From positions 151,406,001 through 151,470,000 of the forward strand of contig NC_058368.1 of the NCBI RefSeq assembly GCF_018350175.1: a DNA stretch of 64,000 bases, written 5' to 3'. Positions 36,521 to 50,161 of this stretch are shown piece after piece (position 1 is the stretch's first letter; each line of letters opens with the position of its first letter). Position numbers and translations under genes: made by a program. The notes beneath the pieces are model-generated. The model saw only the letters and a program-made list of their open reading frames with translations, made no database searches and was not told the DNA's origin. Source of the stretch: Felis catus (Eukaryota).

Positions 36521-39519
36521 AGACTCCCACTCCATCACTCTCTATTTCAGACTCCAGCAGATTTAACACAGCATATAGTCAACGGTCTCCTTCCTTGCAA
36601 CACGGACTGTATCAGGCTGTTGCTGGATGTGTACTAGCCATTGTATTTGTCTCCCCAGGACATACAAGAGCGATATATTACTGATTTATACTGTCCCATG
36701 ATATGCCTTGTCTAAAAAAGGTGGCATACCAAAATCACATTTTTTTCTATTCTACTTCAGAATTCCATTTTGTATAAAGTAATCATAAACAACCCCCTCT
36801 GAAGGCCATTTTCCCTTAAGGTAATTTGGCAAACAATGATTCTATAGCAACAGGAAAGCACTGCATCGTTTTATGAGCCTTGCCTTCATTTCTCTAGGCA
36901 GCTATATTGTGCTAAATCTTTGGTGCCTCAAGGGGCTCTCTGCCAGCTAGAAATCAGTGATTATAACCTGATGCTGTGCAAATGCTATCAAAAAAGTCCT
37001 GTCAATCCACTTCTCCTAAGTACTTACCTTGGTTAGTTAGCAAAAGCCATCTATTTAAAATAAATAAAGTGAAATGAAGCACTAATGCAATGATCTAATC
37101 TAGTGAAGAGAGATTACCTAAGTAATCATTATTTAGGAAAGGGCTCTTTCTGTTCTGGCTTAGAATGGACTTGCATTTCTACATGTCACTCTGTCAGCCT
37201 TCCTTATTATTGTCACTGCAGTTATCAGCATGGTCCATGCATTTCTATCTTATCTCTTACCTCCCTCTCCTTGTCCTTATCCATTTGGAACCACTACCTA
37301 GGAGCTCTGGCCCTAGAGTGGACTGAGTGGCTGCTTTTCTGAAACCAGATGGATACAATCAAGAGAACAGAACAGGAGCCCTTTGCCTTTCTCACTTTGG
37401 AGAAGGCTCTTGGAAACTTCTCTACTCCCGATTCCCAGGTTATTGTAAATTCCTGTGTTGTCAGAGGGGGCAGTCACAGACACAGGGGTAAAATTGTCAG
37501 TCAAAATATTAGCAAAAATTACTGTGGGCTGATAAGTTTTATTGCTAACTAAACCTTAACATCTTTAATTTCATATCCTAAGCAATAGGGCACGTAATAG
37601 GCTTAAATAAAGTAAAATGGGCTGTTGTTACATAACATTGAACTTCAAAGAAGAATGATTCTTTTATTGTCTGATTTAGTTTTCGTATTTCCTTGCTTCT
37701 GTGCTTGCAGAAAATGGAAACAAAGCTGTTTGTATGTTTAGACAATTTCAAGATGGCCACTGTCATCTAAATTAGAATTTTGGCTCATTTCCAGTTTGCG
37801 TAGAGCCCTGGCCCTTTCTTTAATAACAATAATAACAAATGCAAACCTAAAACAGTTTTGGTCTTGAGTTTGCATTCCATCCATCTTCTTTGAAATGTTA
37901 AAACATCTGGTTTTAGGGGGAAAAATCGACTTCAGCATGCTTGGAGAGAAAAAGGCAGCCCACAAAATAAATCAGGGTCAAGTGTTGTTATTTCACGGGT
38001 AATTATAAAGCAGTACAATTTATTAGTAAATCTTGCATCATGCTTGCTTATAGCCACAACTGTTGCAATTGTTCTCAGAGTCTCATTGGAAAGTGCCTAA
38101 ATTATAAGGTTTAGGAAAATTTGGGGCCAACTGTCATGGTAAAGAATGCCATGTGGTCTTGTCATACCTTGCTTCCCTAAGTCTTCCATGTTGAAAGTAA
38201 AGTGGTGTCTTTGTTTAGTTTATTTTACCAATTAATTCATGAATTTTTACCAACAGTTACTTGGAAATAAAAAGACGCCCACAATAAATTACTGAAAAGA
38301 AAATGCTTGCTAGTTTAGTTGAAGAGCAGATGGTTGGCTCAAAGGGTCTTCTTACTGTGTTTCAATAGCGCAGCAAGGAATAGGGGGACAGGTTGCAGTG
38401 GCCCTGTTAAGCTTACACAAACAACTTGGAGGAGGGTGAGGCTCAGCATTTTGAGAAAGCCAACTACTTTGGGACTTTAATTACACTTCAAGAAGACTCT
38501 TCAGCCTCTCTTTTCAAGCAGAAAGGCTGACATGGGATCTTTAAACAAGTCTCTAAGAGAATATAGACCCTGCCTGAACACATGGAGTCCACAGTTTTTA
38601 GATCAGGCAAGACCAAGATTTAAAGCAGGGCCACCTTCACTTTTCTCCAAAGTCACTACAAATTCATAGTAGTTTTACACCGTCAGGAAATGCTCACTTA
38701 TTCACCAACTGTTGAATGCTTGCCCGCTTCTCCAGACAACCTGAAGTCTTATTTTTTTTACAGCTGATGAAACAGGCCATTTTCTAGTGCTCTAAATTAC
38801 TGTTTTTCTTCTTCTGTTTTCACCAGGTCATCCAGATTAAGATATCCAGAGACTGATAGCCAAATAGAAAAAATTAGTCTAATTGTGAAATTCAGCAATC
38901 TATTTAATGGTTTTCTCTTTGGGAAATTTAGGTATGTAAATAAATTGACCTTTTTTCTTTCCATCAAATAAATTAAATCCAGCCTTAAGGGCAATTTATC
39001 ACTATCATTTAAAAAATAGATGTAGGCAGTAATCCATATTAGGCCAGATACCTAGAAGGGAATTAGAACATTTGGTAAGATTCACAAACCAAACTGAACC
39101 AAACCTTGTTGCATTGTCTGACTCTAAACTTCTGTTTATAGTAGAATAAATTATATCACAATTATATGTACAGTTGACAAGAACATCTAGGAATGAATAG
39201 AACCTGAATGGATACTACAAAATCTTTAAATTAAAAATGTGTATGGTTTACTCGTGGGTGTGGTCCCTGATCATCAACCAGAGCCTACATTCTCGTATTT
39301 CACTTGGAATTCTAACAAACTTGGCTATCTCATTTTCTGTGTTGCCTTAATTGAAATAGTGTGATGAGAAGAAAAAGCCCTCTTGGGACAGAAACATCAG
39401 TAGCAAAAAGAAGTGATAGTTGGCAACAAGGAAAATGGCAGAAAAGCTCTTAATTAAAAAGACGTAACTGGGATCTAGTTCATGTGAAATCAAAAGCTGC
39501 CCACCTTAAGGCTATTTAT

Positions 39520-39692
39520 TGTTTCTCAAACATCCCTGGTAATAATAATCACTGGGGAGGCATATAAGGACTCTGCTTCTCTACTTCTTCTCTCTTGGAG
39601 ATTCTGATTCAGTGTGTTTGGGATAGGGTCAAGAGTCCATACTGAACAGATAATACAAGCCATCTGTATTAACAATGTTGGGGAAACCATGA
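39520..39692. mobile_element. MER5-like MITE
   Basis: gtttctcaaac...taatcactgggga...ggagattctgattcagt...ttggggaaaccat. Confidence 0.6.
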
Positions 39693-40099
39693 CTCAAGAA
39701 TACATGAGCTTATACCAAGTTTAGTAATTCTTATACAAATGATAACCCTAAGACATTAAGAAGAGGCTAAATCAGATGCCTCTTTCTCTGTTTAAATCAG
39801 TTAAAGATAGTTTAACCATATTATCCAAGTGATTCTATCAACAGTGGGGTAGTTTCAGTGGGTATAAGATTGACTTCTCTGTTGCTGATCATTCCCTGAC
39901 AAATTGCTTCCTGGGATGAAGTAGTTTGTAGAAATCCATCCTCTCTGAGGACCACCAGCAGAAATTGTAAATGACATGATTTGAATTAAGCGTGGGCTCC
40001 TTACTTATAGCATTCCATCATTGTTATCAAGTACCTGTAAAGAACATCATATTCTGTTCAGGTAGAATTTCAGGTGAAATGGTCTTTATCTATGAAACT

Positions 40100-41796
40100 A
40101 CAGCATTACTCAAAACATCTTTCAGTATTTTGCCCCCTCTTTCAGTGAAGATTTCAACAGTGACTTCTCTTAATCTGAAATCCTGCTGTCCATCTGGAGG
40201 ATTTCAGTATTCACTTGGATGACCTCTGACAACCTAGGCTTTCACTTCCTTCTCTTCAATGCCATTGTGATGTCTATCTCAAAGCCACTTTAACTATCCT
40301 ATTCTATTACTGTACTTCAGATCTTGTTATAACCCCAGGCTTCTTCTAAGGCATCAAATTCAACCCTCTCACTCCATAATGTTTGAATTTTAAGGTTCCT
40401 GTTCTTTCAGTTATGTTTTTCTACCACATAGTTCCTGGGAAATGTGGGAACTCCTCACCCTCCTGGACAAGTTTACTTTTGTTTTCACATCTTTCTCAGC
40501 CCAACTTAGATGTGCTATCAGTATCCTCAACTGTCTTGCCCCCTTGTCTTTCTGTCATAACTTTTCTGAAAAGTCCCAGTGCTGGATAAATGTCATTGGG
40601 ACAGACCTAGATCACTGCAGTTTGGCAGCCTGTGAAAATCAAACAAACTTGAACATAGATGCCACTCTATATTCATGATCGCTGAAATCAGTGTCCCTCA
40701 GCAGAACCCAGTGACACTTCATTAGTTGGCTGTCTCTATTGCGTTCCACAGTGGTGCTTTCAACACTTCTTCGTGTTCCTTGAACCTCTGATCTTCCCTT
40801 CTCCCTCACTCTCAGCAGATAATCTTGTCTCTAACTTCAAAGAGAAAATGTCAGCCATCATAAAGAAACTCTGTCATTTATCCACCAACTTTCCACTGTG
40901 ACAGTGCTTCCTTCTACCCTGATTAATGCCATTGCCCATGGTCTGAAGCATTTTTATCATCTTCTCAAGTATCTCCTCTTTCTTTTTACTTTGGTCTCTT
41001 CTTATTGATCAGTTTTCACAGTTGAAATATTTCTCATATAAAAAAAAACCTTATATACAAACATTCTTTCAGAGCCCTTCCACTTGACATATACCTCTAC
41101 TGTGTTTCTTGATTAGAATTATTTAATGAGTGGTACACTCAGCTGCCTTTATATCTTACCTTTGCTTACACTTGAACCTAAATAACTTGACTTCTGCTTC
41201 TAGGTCTCTGCTGAATTTGTCTTGCCAAGTTCACTCATCTGTGTCTTTATTATTAAATCCAAAAGACAGTTCTTAATGTACGTTGCCTTCATTTTTTTTA
41301 GGAACATTAGGTACTATCTAACATAAACTCCTTTGAGCCCTTTCTCTTTCTTGGCTTTAGAAACCTCATATTCTTCTTGCTGTTCTTTTATTTCTTTTCA
41401 TCTCTTTTGTGGGATCTTTTAACTACCTGTTAAATTTGGGTTTCTTCTGGTCTCTATTATTGACCCTTTACTTTTCTCACTAGATACACTCATTTTTGCT
41501 GTAGTTTCTATAGCATCTATGTTCAGATGGCTCTCAACTCACATCTTTGATCTCTGCCCCTCTGTTAAGCCCAGTTATATGTAACCAGTTTCCTTCTGTG
41601 CATTGGTTCGCATTCACACATTAGTTCACTGCCACATTCTCATCCATACTACAGTCATGTCTCACCTGGATCACTAAAACAATCTTCTAAGGGCCTCTCA
41701 GCCTCCAGGCTTGGCCACTCCTTACCTATATGCCAGTCTGAATGATGTTTTTATACTTAAAAACATTTTTTAAAATATTTATTTTTGAGAGAGAGC

Positions 41797-41844
<48 letters not shown>

Positions 41845-42545
41845 GTGTGAGTGGGGGAGGGGCACACAGTGACAGAGACACAGAATCCAAAGCAGGGTCC
41901 AGGCTCTGAGCTGTTAGCACAGAGCCTGACATGGGGCTCAAACTCATGAGCTGTGAGATCATGACCTGAAGCAAACTGACTGAGCCACCCAGGCACCCTT
42001 GTATCATGTTTTTAAGTTCAAAGCTGATTACCACTGCCTGCTGGAAAACTTCCAGAGGCTTCCCATTACACCAGGTAGTGGGCTGTGGCTCACAGGAGTC
42101 CTCCATGATCTCAGTCAATCCAACCTAGTTACTCAGAAGTTTTCCATGAGTTCCAGGCTTTAGTTGTATAAAAGATATTTACTTTTCTTGACTGAACTTG
42201 GCTTCATGTAACTTTTAGATCATTTTATACATTTATACTTTTAGACAGTTTATACTTTTCCTTGGCCTAGCATATTTTAGTGCCCCACTTCTACCTACAT
42301 GCTTTTTATGTCTGAGCCTAGGTGTGTCTTCTCTAGGAATTCTTGCTGATCATTCAAATTGGACTAGACAATTTTGCTTAGTGCTCCTGCAGCAGCTTAT
42401 AGTTCCCTTTTTTTAGTACTTGCCATCTTCCTTTGTACTACTTATTAAACCAAAGGCTCCCTGAGAATAGTGCCGTGTATCTTGGCCACGACCACTGTGG
42501 CATCGTCCTTGGGACAAAATAAGTGCTCAGTTAAGAATAAATCAG
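40100..42545 (+). mobile_element. Long degraded L2 LINE, interrupted by a SINE
   Basis: L2-like pyrimidine-rich body (ctctcagcagataatcttgtctctaacttc; cttgccaagttcac; gtctcacctggatcacta) and L2 tail aagtgctcagttaagaat. Confidence 0.65.
41754..41998 (-). mobile_element. Can-SINE with a deletion in the head
   Basis: (GA)n tract; TSD tgaatgatgttttta / tgtatcatgttttta. Confidence 0.93.
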
Positions 42546-42546
42546 T

Positions 42547-42734
42547 GGGGGCACTTGGGTGGCTCAGCCAGTTAAGCATCCAGCTTCAGCTCAGATCATG
42601 TTCCATGTGGGACTTTGTGCTGTTGGCTCAGAGCCTGGAGCCTGCCTTGGATTCTGTGTCTCCCTCTCTCTCTGCCCCTCCTGCGCTCATGCTCTGTCTC
42701 TCAAAAATGAATGAACATTAAAATATAATTAAAA
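42547..42734 (+). mobile_element. Can-SINE (internal deletion)
   Basis: Head ggggcacttgggtggctcag; TSD aagaataaatcagt / atgaataaataagt. Confidence 0.92.
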
Positions 42735-42841
42735 ATGAATAAATAAGTAGATGAGTATACATCCAGATGTAGAAAGCTTTATACAAGACAGGAGGAAAGA
42801 TGTGAGACGTCAAAGCTTGAGATAAGATGAGAGAGTTTTAA

Positions 42842-43011
42842 AATTCTTTTAAATGTTTATTCTGGGGAGGAGGGAGCAGAGAGGGAGAGAGAGAGAGAGA
42901 GAGAGAGAATCTCAAGCAGGCTCTTTGCTTTGGACCCAGGAACTGTGAGATATTAACCTGAGCCTAAATCAATGGTCAGATACTGAACTGACTGAGCCAC
43001 CCAGGTGCCCC
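42842..43011 (-). mobile_element. Can-SINE (internal deletion)
   Basis: TSD aagatgagagagttttaa / aggatgatgtagttttaa. Confidence 0.9.
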
Positions 43012-44799
43012 AGGATGATGTAGTTTTAACATAAGATAGTTATAGATGTATTTTTCTTTTGTCCAAAAAGAAAGTACTATTTCTTTCCTGGACTTTTTTT
43101 CCTTGAGAGATTTTTCACAGGGCTTTATCATTGAAATAAAGGAAGCGCAATAATACTTTAAGGCAATTTTATTGCAGTGTTCAAAATCTCCTGTTTACCT
43201 AGGATTGTTAACAGGAAACAGCATTCTTCAACAGGTGAATAAAAGAGTACAGGCTACTGCTAAATGTCATTCCCTTTCCATTGCACACTCATCCAGAGCA
43301 CCAGACTACTCACTTAAATCTTATTTGTTATAAGAGGTATATGCAGACGAAGTAAATATGTTTAAATATCCCGGCAACTCCTTTTGAGGTAACATGAAAT
43401 TGTCTTCCATAATATTCTTCTTTTTCATATAATATTTTTTGATAACAAAATACATAAGCATAACTACATTTTACTAATACCATGTGATAAAATGGTATCA
43501 AAAGATTCAAATAAGTTAAGCATATATTTTCTCTTGGTCTCTTATGATACTTTTCTCTAGTTCTCTTTTCCATAACCATGCTAATTTACGTTTCTCTAAC
43601 TTCAAACACCTTGATCATACGTCTCTCCATACCTTTCAATTCCTTCCTCCCTAGGGGGAGGGTGGAACATGTGTTTGAAAGAGTTTTATCCCTAACACAA
43701 TCCATGTGACCTCCATGTCTTATAAAATGATTTCTGGTGGGAATGCTAGTGATTTTGAGGATCACATGTAATTTCCTGCTGAGCTGTTTAGCATGTGCAA
43801 ATTACCATTTGACCTCCATAGTGACATATTTGTCATAGCAATTTTCACTTCTAGTGAAACGAGTTAAACTGCCTCAGTAAAAGTGATTTTAAGTAGTAAT
43901 TCTTCATACAAACCTTTCACATGGATCTGCCACTATGTGTTTTACAGATTGATACCTGGGTTTCAGATATTTCTTTTCATGTTGTTTTTAATAAGAAGCA
44001 CAATATTTCCATAACTCATATTTGGAATGGTTCCTGGTTTTGGAAGCAGATTATTAAAACTGAGCATATGGAGGTCTTAAAGTAGAACCTTATGGGGGAA
44101 AACAGTTGATCAAGTCTATTTTGCAGCATTGAAAAATTAAATGCTTACAAAATCTTACTAAGGCAAGGTTTATTCTTTGTAACTTTTTGGAAATCCCAGA
44201 TTAGTGAACTATTTCTGTGTTGGGCAAGCTAATAACCACATTGAAAACTCCTTTGTCATGATTATTTTTAAACAGCTATATTGTCCCTTTGTTTTCTGAT
44301 TATACTATTTGGAAACAGTCAATGGACTTCCTTTTTTCAGTGTAATATTAGTTTCAGGTGTATAATTTGTGATTTAGTGCTTACAACACCCTGTGCTTAT
44401 CATAAGTCTATGGACTTTTAAAAGGCAACGTTGTAGAGGAAGTTGATTTTCTAGTGATTGACTTTGCAGATAAAATACTAGGAAAAAGGTGAGGTTAATC
44501 CTAACTAAATAGAGTGTCAAAGTGAGCTTATGATGGACAGAAGTTGTTTCTTGCATGCCCAAAATCCAATACCGTCACAAGGTTTGCTCTTGATTCAAAT
44601 TTAGTCATACATACACATGCACCTCTCTTCCCCATAGACTTAGTATTTCTTCAAAGAAGTATATCAGAAACTTTTATACTATGTAAATATGCATAATGAT
44701 TGCCTTTATTTCTTTACCAAGATTTTCTTACTACCAAATTTCCACATTCTGCCATGCCCTTGATATCCAAATACAACTGGGATACTAGGCCTTGAATAA

Positions 44800-45620
44800 C
44801 TCAAGCAGAAGAAAAGGAAAACATTTAAAAAAATGATTACAGTAGTATAGGAGACATACACTCCTGGAAGTGTATTTAAGGTGCAGTGGGAATACTGAAC
44901 TAATTAGGCATTCATTAGATAGACACAGGCGGGAAGAAATAAGGGCATCTGCAAAAGCAGGGAACCGTTAAAAATGCACTTGTTAAAAGAATTGTACTGC
45001 ATTTTGTATGGTTAGATTTCAGGATGCATGTGAGGGAGTGGCAGTGATCACTCTGAAAAGAGAAGCGGAACATATTCTTATGGCCAGTAAGAAACTATTC
45101 ACAGTTAGAAGCAGAGAACTAACACAATCAGGTTTAGTCTTGGAAAGATGCTTCTGGCATGGAATATGGATTGAAGGATGTTCAAGTCATATTAGGAGAC
45201 CAGTTACAGGACTGTTGTACCCAAAGATGATGGAGGCTTTGAATGCCAAACCATGCACTGAGGATAGAAAGATGGGGCATATTTGACAGATTTTTAAAAA
45301 TCTTAAGTGACTGGATTTAAAAAGCTTTGTATGTAGGAGAAAAGAAAGAAATCAGAGATGGCTTTTAAAGTTTCTTATTGGGGCAGCTGGGCCTATCTTG
45401 GTGCTGTTAATCAAGAGAGGGGGGTCAATCCCTTTGGGAAGAGAAGAAAATGAATCCAGCTTTGAATTTGTTGATTTAAAGGAACCAGTAGGATATCTAT
45501 GTAGACATATCTAGTGAACTATTAAAAATATAAGCCTAAAGATGAAAGACAAATGAAGTCTGGGGAATATATATCATCATCAGAGAGGACATTTAGAAAG
45601 ATTTTATTATCAAGGATGTG
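44800..45620 (-). mobile_element. L2 LINE fossil
   Basis: attaggagaccagttacaggactgttg; gagaagaaaatgaatccagctttgaa; ggatatctatgtagacatatctagt motifs. Confidence 0.55.
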
Positions 45621-45753
45621 AGGAAAACATTTTGAACTTGATTAATTTAATGTTCCCATTGTCATTCATGGAATATTTTGATGAAGTCATTTTGCTGTAT
45701 CCTTTTGGAATGTGAGAGGATTAGGATCGGCAATTGTTAAATATCTAACTAAT

Positions 45754-45947
45754 GGGGTTCCTGGGTGGCTCAGTTGGTTAAGTGTCCAACTTCGGCTCAG
45801 GTCATGATCTCATGGCTTGTGAGTTTGAGCCCCATGTCAGGCTCTGTGCCTGGAGCCTGCTTCGGATTCTGTGTCTCCCTCTCTCTCTGTCCCTCCCCAC
45901 TCATGCTCTGTCTGTCTCTCTCAAAAATAAATAAACATTAAAAAAAT
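45754..45947 (+). mobile_element. Can-SINE
   Basis: ggggttcctgggtggctcagttggttaag head; TSD aaatatctaactaa / aaaaatctatgtaa. Confidence 0.93.
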
Positions 45948-46831
45948 AAAAATCTATGTAACATTTAATGATTGTTTTTGAGGAATTATTAAAAATTTCC
46001 ATGACAGCAAAACCACAGAATTGAAGACGCAGTATCAAAGGACTTCTGAAACATGTGTGTCAGAACCATGCCCCTCACAGAGTGTGTAGAGTAAGAAGAA
46101 GATAAAGTCTTGAGAATTCCAGCACTTAGGAGGTAGGCACATGAGAAGTAGCAAAAAATAGAAGGAAAATAGAGTCAGAAACTTAGAAGAGAGGCAAGTA
46201 TTGGTCTAATGTTAAGTGACTTAGAATTTGTGAGGGAGTAATCAGCTGATAAGGATATGCAAAGAAGTAAGGATGAGTTTCAAAGTTTAGTATATTAAAA
46301 ATATAAGAATGAAGGTGGCTAGTTAAACATTTGTGATAAATCTTAACCTCTGATAGTACATTCATTTTACTGTACTGGAGACATTTTATTTCTTCTATTA
46401 ATGACTGATTTATACTTCAATTATCTTTGAGGATACAGGTCATGTGTTTTGGTTTCTACCATAGAGCCTGGGAGAGTCATTTGTAAAAAACAGATGCTTA
46501 CTGATGGTTTTTTAAACAACTGTTATCCCCAAATTATTCTTGATATCTAATTATATTCTAAGAAAAAACAATGAGAATAATGTGTGTTGTGATTATTTTA
46601 TTTTTAAAACTTTTCTCACAAGCATAGTCGACAGAGATGGGGTTTTTGAGAACTGATGACGTTGCTGTGCAGTTCAGATGAAAAGCTCATGAATAGAATT
46701 GTCTGTAAAGGTCAAAGAAGGGAGAGGTTGAACCAAAGCAAAAACATAGCTGGTTAAAGCCTTTGGATAAAAAAAAGACACTGTATAAGAAGGCAGGCTA
46801 ACTAAATTCTTTTACAAGTTAAATCATTTCA

Positions 46832-47541
46832 TTTTATCTTATTTAAAAAAAGTTTTAATTGAGCTTTAGTTGATATGTTAGTTTCAGTATACAACATAGT
46901 GATTTGACAATTCTATACATTTGAAATGCTTACTATGTTAAGTATAGTTATCCTCTCTCACTATACAGAATTATTGAATTATTATTGACTGTATTCCCTA
47001 TGCTGCACTTTTCATCCCTGTGACTTATTTATTTTATAACTGGAAGTTTGTATCTGTTAATCTCCTTCATCTATTTCTCCCGTCCCTTACCCTTCTTCTC
47101 CTCTGGCAACCACCAGTTTTTTGTTTGTGTTTTTGTTTATTTATTTTGAGAGAGAGAACACAAACAGGGGAGGGACAGAGGGAGAAAGAATCCCAAGCAA
47201 GTTCCATGCTCAGAGCAAAGCCCAATGCTCTACTTAATCTCATGGACGATGAGATCATGATCTGAGCTGATATCAAGAGTCAGATGCTTCACAAACTGAG
47301 CCACCCAAGCACCCCAGTCACCTGTTTGTTTTCTATGTTTAGGTATCTCTTTCATTTTTTGTTGTTTAATTGTTCATTTGTTTTGTTTCTTAGATTCCAC
47401 ATGTAAATGAAATCATGTGGTATTTAACTTTTGCTTTCTTACTTGTTTCACTTAGTGTAATACCCTCTGGGTCCATCTGTGTTGTCAAAAATGGCAAGAT
47501 GTCATGCTTTTTTATGGCTTACTAATATTCTATTGTGTATA
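46832..47541 (-). mobile_element. Old carnivore L1 3' end, interrupted by a SINE
   Basis: ttagtttcagtatacaacatagtgattt...ttattgactgtattccctatgctg...gattccacatgtaaatgaaatcatg. Confidence 0.88.
47120..47315 (-). mobile_element. Can-SINE in L1
   Basis: TSD aaccaccagttt / agtcacctgttt. Confidence 0.9.
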
Positions 47542-47556
47542 TGAAATAATTTTATT

Positions 47557-47771
47557 AAACATTTAAAAAAATGTTTATAAATTTCTTTTTGAGGGAGAGA
47601 TACAGAGCATGAGCAGGGGGGAGGGCCAGAGAGAGAAGGAGACACAGAATCTGCAGCAGACTTCAGGCTCTGAGCAGCACAGAGCCTGACACAGGGTTCA
47701 AACTCATGAGCTGTAAGATCTTGACCTGAGCCAAAGTCGGATGCTTAACCGAGTGAGACACCCAAATACCC
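47557..47771 (-). mobile_element. Can-SINE (older of a tandem pair)
   Basis: TSD tgaaataattttatt 47542-47556 / 47772-47786. Confidence 0.95.
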
Positions 47772-47787
47772 TGAAATAATTTTATTT

Positions 47788-48003
47788 AAAAATTTTTTTT
47801 CAACGTTTATTTATTTTTGGGACAGAGAAAGACAGAGCATGAACGGGGGAGGGGCAGAGAGAGAGGGAGTCACAGAATTGGAAACAGGCTCCAGGCTCTG
47901 AGCCATCAGCCCAGAGCCCGACGCGGGGCTCGAACTCACGGACCGCGAGATCGTGACCTGGCTGAAGTCGGACGCTTAACAGACTGCGCCACCCAGGCGC
48001 CCC
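47788..48003 (-). mobile_element. Young SINEC_Fc-type SINE (CpG-rich)
   Basis: Near-consensus ggggcgcctgggtggcgcagtc...cagccaggtcacgatctcgcggtccgtgagttcgag; TSD tgaaataattttattt 47772-47787 / 48004-48019. Confidence 0.97.
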
Positions 48004-48024
48004 TGAAATAATTTTATTTTAAAT

Positions 48025-48698
48025 GGATTTCCCTGATGATGAGTGATATTGAATATCTTATCATGGTCTGTTAGCCATCTTTATGTCTTCTTTGGAAAAA
48101 TGTCTCTTCATGTCTTCTATCCATTTCTTAATGGGATTATTTGTTTTTTGGGGTTTTGAGTTTGATAAATTCTGTATAGATTTTGGATACTAACCCTTTA
48201 ACAGATATGCCATTTGCAAATATGTTCTTTCAGTCCAGAAGTTGCCTTTTAGTTTTATGCATTGTTTCCTTCTCTTTGCAGAAGCTTTCTAACTTGATGA
48301 AGCCCCGATAGTTCATTTTTGCTTTTGTTTCCCTTGCCTCCAGAGACATATCTAGGAAGAAGCTGCTATGGCCAGTGCTGGAGAGTTTGCTGCCTATGTT
48401 CTCCTCTAGGATTGTGATGATTTTCTGTCTCACTTTTAGGCCTTACATCTATTTTAAATTTATTTTTGTGTATGGTATAAGAAAGTGGTCCATTTTCATT
48501 CTTTTGCATGTTGTTGTCCAGTTTTCCCAACACCATTTGTTGAAGAGACTGTCTTTTCTCTATTGGATATTCTTTCCTGCTTTGTCAAAGATTAGTTTAC
48601 CATATAGCTGGGGGTCCATTTCTGGATTTTCTATAGTGTTCCATTGATTTATGTTTCTGTTTTTGTGCCAGTACCATACTGTCTTGATCACTGTAGCT
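48025..48698 (-). mobile_element. L1 ORF2 fragment (antisense arm)
   Basis: Translates to ORF2-like FFLDMSLEARETKAKMNYRGFIKLESFC...KTKRQ. Confidence 0.92.
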
Positions 48699-49153
48699 CA
48701 AGTATCCATCAAATGGATGAAAAAAAGTTGTGGTATATTTATGTACGATGGAATATTACTCAGTGATAAAAAAGATGAAATCTTGCCATTTGTAATGATG
48801 TGGATGGAGCTAGAATGTATTAGGCTAAGCAAAATAAGTCAGAGAAAGAAAAATGCCATATGATTTCAATTATATGTGGAATTTAAGAAATGAAACAGAT
48901 GAACACTGGGGGGCACAAAGAGGAAAACCATAAAACAGACTTTTAACTATAGAGAACAAACTCTGAAGGTTGATGGAGGGAAGCTGGGTAGGTAGATGGA
49001 TTAAATGGGTGATGGAAATTAAGAAGGGCACTTGTGATGAGCATTGGATGTTGTATGTAAATCATGAATCACTAGATACTACTCCTGAAACTAGTATTAC
49101 ACTATATGTTAACTAACTGGGATTTAAATAAAAACTTGAAATAAAAAAAAAAA
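48699..49153 (+). mobile_element. L1 3' end (sense arm) with poly(A)
   Basis: EILPFVMMWMELE-like ORF2 end, 3' UTR, AATAAA and A11 at 49143-49153. Confidence 0.92.
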
Positions 49154-50161
49154 CATACTGAGTTGGAAATTTGGGGATGAGAAAAGGAATGAGGGATATC
49201 AGGTCAGATGTTAAATAAAATGACTTAGTATTTTGCATGCTTTTGAGATAATCAAATGATATTAAATTCTCCTGAGTGAACTTGACCAGACATTCAGTTC
49301 TTCAAACCAAAATAAGCTTTACAATTCTATGAAGGACACTCAGCCCTAGATCTTTCCTGGAATTCTGTAATTATATGACCATATACTCTTGGCTCAGTGG
49401 ATTACAAGTCCAGAGTTATTTTATAACTTATTTCCTCTCACTTGATATTTAGTAACATTTGTGTCTTATAACTATTTGACACTATGAACAAAATTAAGGT
49501 CTTTTATGTTGTTTCCTTAAAAGAATGGTAAATACATGGTGTTGATTCAAGTTAATGCTGTGCAGCAGCCACTTGGGTTTTCTGGACTCTTCAGAGCCTT
49601 CTCTACACTAATTTGATCTTCCACCTGCACAAAGGTACAGGGCTAACTTTGCTATAATGCTTAACAGGATAAGGGAAATGGCAGTGAAGAATCTAAACAA
49701 TGCGTTGACTCTAATTAAGGCTGCTTCTAAACCATGTGCTACAAAAGAAAAGACATATGGTGTGTTTTAAGAGATTATGTCTCTGATTTAAGGGTAAGCC
49801 TTTTTTAAAAAAGAGAAATTTAAATAAAAGTAGAATTTGATGTGCAGGATTTGTCATCATTAAGCTATGTACATATAGCCATGCATTTTCTGTGATAGAA
49901 TCCTTGTAGTGAATTTCAGAATTACATGATAAATTAAGTCCTTAAGTATCTAAAGCTTGGTAAAATTCTAGTTTTAAATTTATAACTCAGGGAATTAGCT
50001 AGATTCATACTTCTTGTTTTCCTTTTGCTAGACTTCTGTGAAATTTAAACAATATTGTTGGATGTTGAATACTTTCAGCATCGATCGATAATGCCATCAT
50101 CAAACATAGACAGTACATTTCAAGCCTTGTAATTGCTTTTTGGTTTTAAAAAAGAAGTTAC

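Noticed and set aside
47930..48003. SINE heads as tRNA genes
   Set aside because: A/B boxes are followed by SINE body, CT tract, tail and TSD; tRNA-derived, not tRNA genes
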